A DNA stretch of 63,467 nucleotides, counting the filler, from Octopus bimaculoides (Eukaryota), in assembly GCF_001194135.2 (NCBI RefSeq). It is 5 parts of 5 records of this genome, joined end to end, with 100 filler letters (N's around TTAATTAATTAA, not from the genome) between each part and the next. Parts side by side here need not be neighbours in the genome. Positions count along the whole stretch, not along the records: positions 12,999 to 40,634 come from NC_068981.1; 4 more parts are not named here. One strand, 5' to 3'. The notes below the pieces were generated by a model. That model was given only the letters and a program-made list of their open reading frames with translations. It searched no databases and was not told where the DNA came from. How positions within the stretch are numbered: position 1 is the stretch's first letter; each line of letters begins with the position of its first letter. Below are positions 26,274 through 40,734 of this stretch, piece after piece. The translations under genes and the position numbers were made by a program.

Positions 26274-26709
26274 GTGTGTCTGTCTGTTTATCAGTCTGTC
26301 TGTCCATCAGTATGCCTGTCCGCCTGTCCGTCTCTCTGTCAGTCTGTTCATCTACCAGCCTGTCTGTTTGTCAGTCTATCTATCTATCTGTCTATCTATC
26401 TATATGTCTATCTATCACCTTCAAAACCCTTCAAGGCAGTGCCGTGCATAGACACAGTCGAATGCTTGAAGTAAGTATTTAAAACAAAAGAAGAATAAAA
26501 GAATGTGTAGGCATATACACCAATACACAATACACTTACGTACGAACCTGTCTGCTTCTATAAATATGTATGTATATCGGTGAAATATCACAAACTGAAG
26601 AGGGAAATGAAATAACGAGTTGAACAATGTGAAAAGTTACACAAATTCGAAAAGTTATAGATAAAATATAAACACACAAAAAATAGCAATAAATATTGTG
26701 CACGTGTTA

Positions 26710-27098
26710 GGAGTGGCTGTGTGGTAAGTAGCTTGTTTACGAACCACATGGTCCCGAGTTCAGTCCCACTGCGTGGCACTTTGGGCAAGTGTCTTCTACT
26801 ATAGCCTCGGGCTGACCAAAGCCTTGTGAGGGAATTTGGTAGACGGAAACTGAAAGAAGCCCGTCGTATATATGTATATATATACATATGTATGTGCGTA
26901 TATGTTTGTGTGTCTGTGTTTGTCCTCACAACATCGCTTGAAAACCGATGCTGGTGTGTTTACGTCCCCGTAACATAGCGGTTCGGCAAAAGAGACCGAT
27001 AGAATAAGTACTAGGCTTACAAAGGATAGGTCCTGGGGTCGATTTGCTCACGCATGGCCACAGTCAAATGACTGAAACAAGTAAAAGTGTAAAAGAGA
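26710..27098 (+). mobile_element. SINE family B, full length with an internal (TA/TG)n tract
   Basis: GGAGTGGCTGTGTGGTAAG..GAGTTCAGTCCCACTGCGTGGCAC head, body GGAAACTGAAAGAAGCCCGTCG and tail ATGACTGAAACAAGTAAAAG. There are multiple homologs in the window. Confidence 0.9.
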
Positions 27099-29283
27099 GT
27101 AAAGATAATACTGATGTTTCAGATGAAAACTTTATTAAACTAGAGTAAGAAGCGAGTTAAAAAAAAAATAAGGAGAAAAACGATACTTACTCTGAAGCAC
27201 GTGTGCATTTTTCAGTCACATGAACATACACACACAGACACGCGCGCGCCCAGACACACACATACATTCATTCATTCAGAAACAGCTTGACCCCCTCCTG
27301 CCCAAGGTCGCAGATGAACCTACGGCAAGAAACTCGGCAATCATGGTAAGAAACTCGAAAGAGGGCAGCTATGTCGAACTCCTTCCTTCATCAAAAGCCT
27401 ATCTCATAAGAATAGCCATTTAAAAGGTGATAATACTGGAGGTGAAACGCATAAAAGAATACATGCATACATAAAAGCATATATATACATTCATACATAA
27501 AAACATACAAAGATGCACACATACTTCTGATCGTGTAAGACCTCTTCCTAAACACAATAAGTCCGCTCTGAGAGTCGAAGAAGTTCCTGTACGTGAATTT
27601 GTTTCTGAGTGGATGAAGTTACACTGCACTGAACCCACTTTTCAAGGCATCAGTGGAAAAACAAAGATTTAGATGACCAGAAACCGACTGCAAATCATGT
27701 TTTTTTTTTCTATACGAGTTTACATTTTAGAAGAAATTTCTAAGAGAACTGGAGGGGGAGGGTCATTCACACATAAATACACACATACATACATACATAC
27801 ATACATAATTTTACTCTCTTGACGCAAAATGATTCGAAATATTTTTTTGTAACCCTTAATATGCTTTATCTGACCGTTTGCAGCCTTGTTCTCCTCCAAG
27901 GCTCCCCTAATTACAAATTATGTATTTGAAACTAGCGAAGAAAGATGCTTAAGTTTCATGGTTTCTCTTTCTCTCTCTCTCTTTCTCTCATTCTTCTGAG
28001 ATGCACTTGCTTCAATTGAAGTGTAGATCTTATGAAGTACTTCGTCTTCACCTATAACTAATATTTGTAAATCCCCTTTTGTCTTCTGGACATAACATTT
28101 GATTGGATTTATCTTTCTTCAATTCTAGGCTATGCAATATTTGATTTAGAACCATAAATCTCCCATATAATTCCCATTAAAGGTATTTGTCATTGTTCAT
28201 GTATTGATGACCTAATCTTTGCGGTATTATTTTCCAAGGGTCAATTTTGTTATCGATGCAAGACTCAGTCATAAAGTACCATCGACACATTTACATATTC
28301 AAGTCATCCATAGGTTCAACTATTCATCTAGCCATCATACCTTTTTTTTAAACATCTAACCATACATCTATAACAAACCACTTTAACATAAATTTATCCA
28401 TTTAACTGACCCTTCCGTCCGCAATCTATCCATAAATCAATGCATCCCACAATCCATGCATTCATTCATACAGCCATGCATTCATTCATCTTCCCACCTA
28501 TCTACCTAACAATTTCTGCATAAAGAGATCGAAGGCTTGGAATATTCATTTGGCCATTGAAACATCCATATAATACAGCTATTCATACATTCAGTAACTC
28601 CTCCAAATATCTATTTATTCAAATCTCTTTCCAACCGTCCAACGAGTGAGCTTAGATTCGGTGCTTTGGTAAACTAGCAATAATAGCTAAATTTAATTTA
28701 AATTACACTCTAGCATTTTTAAAATGGAAGTGCACAAGTACAAATTAACGAGAGGATCTCAACTGATCATAGGTATGCTAGAGCGAGACTCAGATGTTTG
28801 CTAATCTAAAATAACAACAATCATTTACCTATAATCCATTTTTCTAATCTCCCATACAGCGATTCACCCCCATCCATCCATATGTATGTGTATACACGTA
28901 TACACACAACACACGTAGACACATGCACACACACACACACACACACAAACTCACACACAAATATATATTTTACACATGTATGATCTATTTATCTCCATCT
29001 ATCTAACGATCAATCTATCATCATTTGTGTCCCTTTATATGCGTCTGTGTATGTATACGTATATATAGAGGCGCACACACACACAAATAAACAAGCACAC
29101 ACACAAATAAACAAACACACACACAAATAAACACACACAGAGACATATATGTATATACATGGCTATATACATATGTATATGTATATACATATTATATACT
29201 TCTCTATTTACTTGTGTAAATATGATAAACATGCTTACATATACATACACGCATGCAACACACATACACACATACATACATAC

Positions 29284-29314
<31 letters not shown>

Positions 29315-30364
29315 CATATACACATACATATATACATATACATGTATGTATGCATGTATGTATGTAGGTAGGTAAGTAGGTAGGTAAGTAGGTAGGTAGG
29401 TAGGTAGGTAGGTAGGTAGGTAGGTAGGTAGGTAGGTAGGTATATCCTTATATTCGAATTGAGTTTGAAAGAGAACATGTCACTGAAAGAGAGAAAAGCG
29501 AAATTTGAATATATAATCTAATCAGAAAATGGGATTTTCTATAACGCAATCAGATGGTAGTTTATTGATATCGCTATTCTGCTATATTTCGCATTCGACT
29601 GTTGTGTGTTTTATGGGAAATTGAAATTCTCTCCTGAAATTATTCTCATTGAAAAGATAATCATTTTGTATAGTTGCGGGAAGTCAATTTCTCATGGGAG
29701 CTGTATTGAAGATTGTTATTTAGCATATTTTGGATAAGAATATCTGACTGTTGGCTCCATTTTGGAGATGATCTTAGGAGGTCGTGTTCACCGCGTTTCA
29801 GTGTGTATTACACTTGAGAAGGGAGACAGACAGACAGACTGATAGATAGACAGAAAAAATAGAGAGGAAGGCATATAGAAGGCAGGTAGACAGGTAGGCA
29901 GGCTGTCGGGCTTAATAGACGTAAGTTTGGTCTAATTACTTATGTCTGTGAGATGGAGTAAACAAAGCGTAATAAGGGATTGCAGTGATGGAAAGGAAGT
30001 CAAATAAGTGAAAAAGAGAGGGAACAGAAGCAAAATGTAAATAATGTAAGAGAGGGAAAAAGGTAAGGAACTTACCTTAGTGAAGTAAGATAAGGTAACA
30101 GATGTGGCTATTAGGAAAACACAACATAATTTAAATGAAAATGAAGTGTTCATGTGTGTGTATGTTTATGTATGTGTTTGTATGTGTAAGGAGATAGATA
30201 GATATATAGATAGAGAGAGATAGGGAGAGAGAGAGTGATGGGGATAGGAAGGTAGATGGAAGGGAGATTGTGAAGAACACAAAGAAAAAAGATGAGTAAA
30301 GAGGTGGAAGGAAAGGAACAAGGTATCTCACCTACCTGAGATATAAGTGGCTTGATATATTGAT

Positions 30365-31183
30365 TTCAGACTTTGGCACAAGGCCAGAAATTTCGAGGAA
30401 AGTCGGTAAGTCAATTACATCGACCCAATGCTCAACTGGTACATTTTTTAATCGATCCCGAAAGGAAGAAAGGCAAAGTCAATCTCAGCGGAAGTTGAAC
30501 TCAGAACATAAAGACAGACAAAATGCCGCTAATCGCTTTGCCTGGCGTGCTAACGATTCTGCCAGCTCACCACCTTAGTGGCCTGATGTATTACCTTCAT
30601 AAGAAAGAAAATTGCGAAGATTAGAAAATATGGAATGATGAGAGAATTGATAGAAATTTTGGCACAAGGTGAGCAATTTTAGGGGTGGATGTGGGTTAGT
30701 TGATTACATCGACCCCCGCACATGACTGTACTTTATTGTACTTTATTTCATCGAGCTCGAAACGATGAAAGGCAAAGTTCATCACAGCGGTTAAACACGT
30801 AATATAAAGTACCGAAAGAAATATTGCTAAGTATTCTGTGCCAGCTCTCCTCCTTGTGGGGCGATGAAGATACAAGAGTATATCGAAGCGGTCACCGCTA
30901 TAGACAAGTTTATTTTCAGTGAGTCAGAAAAGAAGGATATATATTATTATTTACTAAAATAAAGAACGGTTTCAAATTTTGACACGAGACTAGTAGTTTT
31001 TGAGATGGGGGGAAAGTCGATTACATTATCCCTAGCACTCAGCTGGTACATATTTTATTGACCTCGAACTGATAAAAAGGCGAGGTCAACCTCGGCAAAA
31101 TTTAAACTCAGAACATAAATACAGACAAATTGCCGTAAGCATTGCTACCAGAATGTTAATGATTGCTCCAGCACGTCGCCTTA
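30365..31183 (-). mobile_element. Three SINE family A copies in minus orientation (about 30365-30577, 30655-30830, 30968-31183)
   Basis: Each shows the reverse complement of the family A body (AAAGGCAAAGTC.., GAACTCAGAACATAAA.., GCCAGCTC.CC.CCTTA). Confidence 0.8.
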
Positions 31184-31324
31184 GTTACTAAAAAAATAAA
31201 GATAAAAGTAAAATGGCATTTGATTTGCAAATAAGAGATTTGAAATCGGGATGTTAGGAATATTTTTTATTTTACCTTTTTGTTACTAAGTTAGACTTAA
31301 ATGCCAATATAAGGGAAACGTAAA

Positions 31325-31595
31325 AAGGCGCGACGAGTTGGCAGAAGCGTTAACACGCCGGGCAAAATGGTTGTTGGCATTTCGTCCGTCTTCATGTTCT
31401 GAGTTTAAATTCCGTCGAAGTTGACTTTTCTTTTCATTCTTTCGGGGTCTGATAGCGTTCATTCTGTCCAGGTCTGATAACTTTCATTCTATCCGGATCT
31501 GATAAAATAAGTACCAGTTGAGTACTGGTGTCTATGTAATTGACTGACCCACTCCCTCAAAATTGCTGGCCTTGTACCATAATTTGAAACCAATA
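31325..31595 (+). mobile_element. SINE family A with a small internal tandem duplication
   Basis: The head is at 31325. TCTGATA..TTCATTCT.TCC.G is repeated at about 31448-31500. Confidence 0.8.
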
Positions 31596-31699
31596 TGAGA
31601 GAAAAGAATGCATTAGTTTTTGCTATAAGCATTACAGAAACGAAGGATGTGTATAGAATTTAAAAGAAAAGAAACAAAAATACTTCAGTATTTCCTAAT

Positions 31700-33300
31700 C
31701 TTACGATTACTGTTGTGATGTAGAATTTTATCTGACTGAAAACTGTTGTAATAAGCAGCATAGGACGTTGGTAATAGCTTACTGAATCAACTCAGATTTA
31801 GTTTGCTTCCGTTGGAATAATTATCCACTGATCACTAATTCCAGCGGCATAAGGAATATCTTATGGTCATGTGAGAAAAATATTCACTCATGTAATCATT
31901 AAGGATTTACTTGTAATCCCGAATGAACATCACAACCTCGTGTTTCGATATTTTTCTTTGTGTTGTTCAGACTAATCTTTTTATACTTATGAAATGTTAT
32001 ATTTCCCCTCTCTAATCTGTCTATAAAGAAAGCGCTGCACTTCCATAATCTTCAAAATGAACCTATATTGATTTGGTCAAAGTGTAGAGGTCATTTCAGC
32101 TGTTTTCTTTTTTTCCCTTTAGCCAGAGTAAATAATGTAAACTCTTTGCTGGTTTCAACGAGTCTTCTTACCATAGAGTTCATGCTGACATATCGATTTT
32201 GAAATTGTTGCATCTCTTGTTTGGGATGGATGCTGATGTTTGGCAGAAATGGAGGCAGACGTTAGTAATCTGCCAGAATCATTGAGTATAAATTTTAACG
32301 TGCTGTTAATGATTATTGAGTTGGGAGAAGCGGGAGACTATTATATTGGTTGGATTAATGAGGACTGGCATCAAGAAAGCACGGAAGGTGATCAGGAAAT
32401 GGCTTTTGTTACGTTGCTGGTCAACGCCACCATTTCTTGTTGAAAGGATGGAAGCTTATTAAAATTTCGACATTTGTACGATTTGTTGCTTCCGAGGTTC
32501 CAGTTCTGCTATTGTGTATAAATTTAACAGATAGAGCATCAGTGTTGCGATTCATTTTAGATTCTGCTGTCAAATAGCCGGAGACAGCTTAATGATGAGA
32601 TATTTCCATTGGGGGGAAAGTAACTAGTTGAAGAAGATGAATTATTATATATTGATCTCATATGGCGCATTAAGTGAGCACTGTCGATAAAATCGATTGC
32701 AAAAATAAAAAAAATATAAAATAAGAGTTTTACGCATCTTACTAGAAATAGACAGTGTACTTGAAAAAATATGCAGACGCAACTAAGATGTAGTGACACT
32801 GAAATTAAGGTGTACTCCATTATAAGGTGAGCATAGCTTTAGGAAATTAATGTCATCCTTGAACAAGAATAAATTTAGATTATAAATAGTTAAAAAAATG
32901 TGAAATCTAAATTTAATGCTGTGGTTCTCAAACTGCAAACTACCAGCCCTTCGATAATGTCGGCGAAAGATTTTGCAATCTCTTCTCGTCTTCATTAATG
33001 AAGCGACAAAATAGTTTCCGTGTAATTCTATTGTCAGCACATTATTTTGATAAATTTGAAAAAGTTGTAAACTATCGTAATTGTATTGTACATGACAATT
33101 TGTCCGCCATCTTTTCGATCCTCCCAGTCTCACGAAAAAAAAAACCCACTGTCAAGTATTTGTACCATTTTCCGAATATACTGTACATGCATATTGACGT
33201 AGTTTATAATTGTGTATCTGCTGTATATCACAGGTAGATGAACATGTATAACCAAGTAATTTTTATCGTTAACTTCACTTAAGCGGACAACTTTGGCATC
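31700..33300 (-). mobile_element. Highly decayed CR1/L2-like LINE (APE remnant to RT start)
   Basis: Minus-strand fragments FLFKDDINF, SAHLM..IYNN and EISHH resemble APE motifs GDFN, IDHI and SDH. IIIP..DSVSYYQRPMLLITTVFSQI resembles NYRPISLL..FSKI. There are many stops. Confidence 0.4.
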
Positions 33301-33371
33301 TGCCGTCATCTTCATTACTTCTCCATTTCATCTCACAATTTTTTGATTTCACATCTATAAAACACACACAA

Positions 33372-33430
<59 letters not shown>

Positions 33431-34915
33431 NNNNNNNNNNNNNNNNNNNNNNNNNNNNNNNNNNNNNNNNNNNNNNNNNNNNNNNNNNNNNNNNNNNNNN
33501 NNNNNNNNNNNNNNNNNNNNNNNNNNNNNNNNNNNNNNNNNNNNNNNNNNNNNNNNNNNNNNNNNNNNNNNNNNNNNNNNNNNNNNNNNNNNNNNNNNNN
33601 NNNNNNNNNNNNNNNNNNNNNNNNNNNNNNNNNNNNNNNNNNNNNNNNNNNNNNNNNNNNNNNNNNNNNNNNNNNNNNNNNNNNNNNNNNNNNNNNNNNN
33701 NNNNNNNNNNNNNNNNNNNNNNNNNNNNNNNNNNNNNNNNNNNNNNNNNNNNNNNNNNNNNNNNNNNNNNNNNNNNNNNNNNNNNNNNNNNNNNNNNNNN
33801 NNNNNNNNNNNNNNNNNNNNNNNNNNNNNNNNNNNNNNNNNNNNNNNNNNNNNNNNNNNNNNNNNNNNNNNNNNNNNNNNNNNNNNNNNNNNNNNNNNNN
33901 NNNNNNNNNNNNNNNNNNNNNNNNNNNNNNNNNNNNNNNNNNNNNNNNNNNNNNNNNNNNNNNNNNNNNNNNNNNNNNNNNNNNNNNNNNNNNNNNNNNN
34001 NNNNNNNNNNNNNNNNNNNNNNNNNNNNNNNNNNNNNNNNNNNNNNNNNNNNNNNNNNNNNNNNNNNNNNNNNNNNNNNNNNNNNNNNNNNNNNNNNNNN
34101 NNNNNNNNNNNNNNNNNNNNNNNNNNNNNNNNNNNNNNNNNNNNNNNNNNNNNNNNNNNNNNNNNNNNNNNNNNNNNNNNNNNNNNNATATTGTATAAAA
34201 GATCGTGGATAAGGCCAAAACAATGCGAAGTACACGTTTCTCACTTCATTGTACAAGATTCCTCATGTGAAATCGTGTGTTGAAATAGGTATTGATGTTT
34301 TTCGGGATGGTCATTTTATTTATTATTTATTATTTTATTTTTTTGAAAAATAGACATACGCACTATATATCTTTTTCTTCACTCGTTTATTTGTTATTTT
34401 ATTATTTTAACGCCTGCCCATTGTCCGGAAATCTTTCGTCACACATCTGTGACCTCTTGAGCGACACTTTTCGTTTCCACGTGTAGTCTTGCTCCACTTA
34501 CTCCACTCTGTTCATCTCTAAGATGTGTATTTTTATGTGCGCATGAGCTTGTGTCCTTGTTTGTTTGTTTGTGTATGTGTATGTGTGTGCTGGTGAGTGT
34601 GTCATAGTTTTTAGCAGCACTGTGGCCTTCTCCTCAGCCCCAACCTCTCACCCCAATGTGCTGCTGCTGTCCTAAGAGCTGAGAAAAAAGAAAGGTACAG
34701 TTCCTGTATTCCTCTATTTATGTGTGCTCGTTCACGGTGTTGGCATCATCGCAGTAGTTGTTATTGCCTTCGTCGGCACCGCCGCTGCTGCTGACTGCGT
34801 TAGTTGTGTTGTTGACATCATACGACCGTCCATGAGGTTTCATGTGTGTGTGTTTGTGTGTGTGTATGGGTTCGCTTCGTATGTATCTATGCCCTTTATA
34901 TAGTTCACTGACCTA

Positions 34916-35332
34916 GTGACAAGACCACCGACGAGACCGGTCTGCGGAGCCAATGTTGCCAACAACTACCGGATTTCCTACTTCCTCTCAGTGATCATAT
35001 GCCCCTTGATAAAAATGTCCTCGGATGTGTGTGACAGCACAGAGGACCTCCTCAGCAGAATCAATGAGTGCAACCATGCCCACGACCTGACGGGATGTAT
35101 AATAGGCAGTATGGACGTAGTTTCCCAAAATCCATCCATTGATGTTGATTTTGGTGTGGAGAAATGTGTGGAGGTGATCAGCGTGATTGATGTGGAATTC
35201 CATGGTGCTGTCACTGAAGAACTAGGCCTCTTCCTGAGACTGACATGCAACAATGAGTACTTAGATAAATATGACCTTAGTTATTTCTGCTCCACTAGAT
35301 CGATAAGAGGTGTACCCCTCCCCCCATTATAA
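34916..35332 (+). mobile_element. Penelope-type reverse transcriptase fragment
   Basis: PTRPVCGA..ISYFLSVIICPL..STEDLLSRI..IIGSMDVVSQNPSID matches PLE RT motifs RPIVS and SLDV.SLYPSI. Confidence 0.75.
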
Positions 35333-35731
35333 CTTCTATGGCCAAGAAAATACCCAAAGAGAGATGGAACGGGTGAACCAGAGCTATACGGCCCCCCGAA
35401 AATAATGATCAAGTTAAAAAGATGGTCGCACATGCGGTGGGTGTATATGATATTTCCAAAGCACCTAAATTTATATACGCAATATCGTATATAAAAAGTA
35501 AGTTTCGAGAATGTGTTTAAATGGTAAGTTTCGCACACATAGTAATCTATTTTTCTCTTTCCATCTCTCTTTCTCTGTCGTTGTACACACGTACATATGT
35601 ATGTTTGTATGAATACTTGTAGACATAAGAATACATACATATATACATTTATACATACGCACGCACGTACGTACCTACCTACCTGCATGCATACATACAT
35701 TAAACGCATGCATATACGCATATATGCATTC

Positions 35732-35767
<36 letters not shown>

Positions 35768-36294
35768 TACATATATAAATATATATATATATTTATATAT
35801 ATGTTATATGTACATGCACGTAGTACGTAGACACACACGTACATATATTATGAACATCACATATCCAAACCTATGCTTACGTGCCTGTAAGGTCTGCTTT
35901 TCACATTAGTCATTTGGTTGGTTCGCAAGGAAAACCTAGCGTGTGACTGTCAATATAAAGACGATACTGAAGGGAGCGCTTCAATGTCAGCGCGGCTTGC
36001 TGCATTATTCAACAGAAGCCGATACAGGAATATCATGCGTCGCTACCCATACTACTGAAAATAACCATTTTCGTTTAGCATTTGCAATCAAACGATATAT
36101 ATCCCTTCGGGAAATAGTTGTCATGAAGTTACTGGCGCCAGGGATCCTACTACTGGTGAATAACAAAATCCCGGAGTTTAAAGTTTCGTTTTCAGAGAAT
36201 GATAGTAATGAATAGATAGAAGATGTGATAGACGAATGGAAAGAATATATATACATGAATACATACATAAATACATACATACATACATACATAG

Positions 36295-36368
<74 letters not shown>

Positions 36369-39099
36369 GTACAAACATGCATACACACAATACACAAACA
36401 CAGAAAAATAGGGATAGAGAGAGAGAGAGGTAGATTGGGAGTGAGAGAGAGAAAGAGAGGAAGATAGGGAGTGAGAGAGGGAGAGGGAGAGATGTAAGAA
36501 GATTTTAATATTCAGCTAGTAATCCTAATTTTGTATTTTTTCTATGAATGATTTCTGCATTTAAATATGGCCACGAAATACAAACATATATGAGAAATAT
36601 AATTTTTTTTTTTTATGGAACTGTTGGAATATAATGCAGAAGAAGAATTCTAAGCAAGTATATGTGCACACATCTATATATGTACACCAGTTTATGTATA
36701 ATTGGAATTCTGTCAGCGATATTTAATATATCAATACTTTATTTTTGAATAATCGGTCTTTTTCATGATGAAGTATTTTCTGTTACTCTGGAAGATTTTA
36801 TTGCTAACATTATCAGTACCATACTTTTCTTCGAAGGTTGAATTTAAATATTTTTATCATTTTCTTTTTATTCCGAAAGTTTGCATCCTGTTGTAAAGTT
36901 ATGTTCGCTCAGAAAGTTTGTCGTGGATTTTGCATTCTTCCTTCATACAAGAATACTCTGCTCGTCAAACCTACTCCTTTCATCCATAACATTATTGATT
37001 CTATGTCCGTTCAAAGAAACGCTTAGGCCAAATTTTCGGAGCTTACATAATTCTTATTCAATCCGGGGCTAATTGCGAATTCACTGATGTTTTAATAGCT
37101 ATTTTGCTATATCAGTGGAGGCCGATTTTGTCTTAGAATGTGTTCACAGTGGATGCTTGTTACTGACGAACCCCACAAAAGGAAAAATTCGTATTTGTAA
37201 TGCCACCACCGATGTTGGACAGTTTCCGCCCGCTACTGATATATTTCTGTGAGTTTCTTTTAAACAATATATAATTTTATGTCGAAACGAGATAAGATCA
37301 TAGAAAATGGGAAATAGGACAAGTTAACACAGAAAAAGGACCCTTCATCAGTTGTCGGCTGACTATCTATTCCTGATTTCGAGCTTTCAACGACAATATT
37401 AGTCTTCAAAGACAGTTGCTCCCATAAATTCTAAAGTATATGATTTATGGAAGGTCAGAGTTGGAAACAAAAAACGATAGTGGAGACATACAAGGAAACC
37501 AAACGAAAACAAACATGGAGGGTCGTTAGACCAGAACGAGAGGAAAATAGTGAACGCTGGGAGAAACTGTTTTTGAAAAGGGAAAAGATAGAAGACAGAG
37601 AGAGAGAGAAAAACACGTCCATTCGTTTAAACGTNNNNNNNNNNNNNNNNNNNNNNNNNNNNNNNNNNNNNNNNNNNNNNNNNNNNNNNNNNNNNNNNNN
37701 NNNNNNNNNNNNNNNNNNNNNNNNNNNNNNNNNNNNNNNNNNNNNNNNNNNNNNNNNNNNNNNNNNNNNNNNNNNNNNNNNNNNNNNNNNNNNNNNNNNN
37801 NNNNNNNNNNNNNNNNNNNNNNNNNNNNNNNNNNNNNNNNNNNNNNNNNNNNNNNNNNNNNNNNNNNNNNNNNNNNNNNNNNNNNNNNNNNNNNNNNNNN
37901 NNNNNNNNNNNNNNNNNNNNNNNNNNNNNNNNNNNNNNNNNNNNNNNNNNNNNNNNNNNNNNNNNNNNNNNNNNNNNNNNNNNNNNNNNNNNNNNNNNNN
38001 NNNNNNNNNNNNNNNNNNNNNNNNNNNNNNNNNNNNNNNNNNNNNNNNNNNNNNNNNNNNNNNNNNNNNNNNNNNNNNNNNNNNNNNNNNNNNNNNNNNN
38101 NNNNNNNNNNNNNNNNNNNNNATGTATGTATGTATGTATGTATGCATGTATGTACACATGGAGACACAAGGCCCACACATTTGGAGATATACATCCATAC
38201 ATATAGACACAGTATATAGTAACAAAAACCCATACACACACACGCACTGACACACTCAGGCATGCACACACAAGGAGACAGAGATACACACCCACACATC
38301 TAAAAACACACAAACACACAAACGCATGAATATGCAGAATACATACAAATGTACACACATACATATATACATACGCGCACACACATACATACTTGCATAC
38401 ACACACTTACACGCATGCATAGATAGATAAATAGATAGATAGATAGATACATACATACATACATGTGCATGCACACACTGACCCACGCGCACACGCACAA
38501 ACAAGCAAAAAGAACGCAGCTTGAATAACGGACAAAGTCAACAACTATTGAAAAGGTTGCAAGATGCAACGAAAATTTTAGAAAACGTAAGTAAATGAGT
38601 GGAAACTTTACCGGTGAGTGTATTAAATTATAAGGCACTAAAAGGGAATCACTCTCTCCAGACACAACAGAATATGCTTCAACACACAAACTTACATATA
38701 GAATCTTGCAAACCAAATTCAAAATCTGTCTCCCTCTTTCCCTCTTTCTCTTTTTATCTCTCTATCGTTGCTCACACGTGACCAACGTCCACCTTTCTTT
38801 TCCGGCACGGACGTTTAAACGAACGGACGTGTGTTTCTCTCTCTGTTTATGGATCACATCTGTTAAAATTTCTCTGAGGGTCTTCTCAACGTGACTGTTG
38901 GAGGCTATTTCAGCTCTCCCATTTTTGCGTGATATTCATCTAACATAGATTGTCTTCTTCTCTTTTGCTTCTAGTATTTCGGGAGGTACGAGCACTGCTG
39001 CCTTACTCCGCTGAAATTAAATAATGGCTTTCGCTTTTGAGAGTTCACGTGTTTTGTCATCGAGTCGAGTGCGATGACAAACATTTCTCTCTGTGTTCG

Positions 39100-39475
39100 T
39101 TACATCAGCAAACCTTTTGTTTTTCCTATTGTTTTTGTTGCTGTTGCTGCTACTGCAGCTGCTACTGTTTCTGTTGTTGGTGGTGAAGTTGTAGCCACTT
39201 CCATTGTTGCTGCTCTCACCACTACTCTTAACAGTATTTCCTTCCACTTTGCCTTCAACTGTAGCAGTATTTTCCCCGCTAAAATCTGTAGCATTGTCTC
39301 TGCTACTACTGTTACTGCTACCACTGTTGCTGCTGCTATTGTTGCTTCCCGCGTTGTTGCTGCTACCACTACTACTGCTGCTGCAACAGTCACTGCTGCT
39401 ACCGCTGTCACCGCTGCTGCAGTTGCTGTCATTGCCATCACTGCTGTTGTCGATTATGCCACTGCTGCTACTGCT
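39100..39475. repeat. Degenerate (GCT/ACT/GTT)n trinucleotide low-complexity tract
   Basis: Read directly. It explains the Ala/Thr/Val/Leu-rich ORFs at 39074-39643. Confidence 0.85.
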
Positions 39476-39856
39476 AGGTGGACTTTGTACTTATTTTCCG
39501 TGTTTTCTCCCCCCTCCTCCTGTATTGTTGCCAGTAAACGCGGGAAGGGAGGAAAATCTTCACCAGTGAATAAACCTGCGGCAGGGGCAGTTTTTCTTAA
39601 CTCTTTCAAGATGGGTTTCACCATCTTGTTGCATTATATATGATTAAACGTCCCACCGAACTTATTTAGGGAGCCGAATATGGCCTCACGAGGAGACAAA
39701 CAAACACTGAAACCCAGTGACAGGTTTCTCGTGTTTTTATTAACATCTTGGAACAAAATGTAAACCGACGAAACAGCACCGAACGGGTGTAAAACAAATG
39801 TTTTCAAAAGTACTTACTTGGAGCGTTCGAAAACACGTCCGATGAACTCCGCAGCA

Positions 39857-39899
<43 letters not shown>

Positions 39900-39909
39900 N
39901 NNNNNNNNN

Positions 39910-39950
<41 letters not shown>

Positions 39951-39951
<1 letters not shown>

Positions 39952-40110
39952 TGCCCAGAAAATTGCACTACTTGGCACTGTACACATCCTATGCAAAACA
40001 CTTTCAATACAGTAACCATAAGAACACCACAGCAAACCACAGCACATACCCAAGGCGCACGGAGCTGCGCTCGGTAGTGAAGTGAAAGCACATTATAAAA
40101 AATAAAACTA

Positions 40111-40178
<68 letters not shown>
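39951..40178 (+). mobile_element. R4/Dong-like extreme 3' end flanked by (AAT)n
   Basis: AQKIALLGTVHILCKTLSIQ*, then a 3' UTR, then (AAT)n at 40114-40178. (AAT)n also lies upstream. Confidence 0.75.
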
Positions 40179-40180
<2 letters not shown>

Positions 40181-40509
40181 TACAAATCAGGACACGACAG
40201 CGTTGGCCAGTATCAACATTGTATGGTGCGTCGGGATTATAAAATCTAAACTACTGACAAATGATACAAGCACCACCCTGAGGCTGTAACTTACGTTCAG
40301 AGTTCAAATTCCGCAAAGGTCGTCTTTACCTTTTATCCCTTCGGGGTCAGTAAAATAAGTACCAGTTGAGTACTGGGGTTGATGTAATCTACTCATTCCC
40401 TTTCCCCGATTTTGCTGCCCCCCGTTGCAATTTGAAATCATTATCGTTATTGTTGTTATTGATTCTACTTGTTGCTGTCATTGTAGTTGTTGTTCTGGAT
40501 ACATAAGGC

Positions 40510-40634
<125 letters not shown>

Positions 40635-40734
40635 NNNNNNNNNNNNNNNNNNNNNNNNNNNNNNNNNNNNNNNNNNNNTTAATTAATTAANNNNNNNNNN
40701 NNNNNNNNNNNNNNNNNNNNNNNNNNNNNNNNNN

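Noticed and set aside
34215-34280. Minus-strand TCAC..GTGA-GAAAC-GT-GTA
   Set aside because: The core and stem I are absent.
35880-36215. 90-aa ORF and an overlapping open frame
   Set aside because: No homology and no credible splice sites in phase with the receptor.
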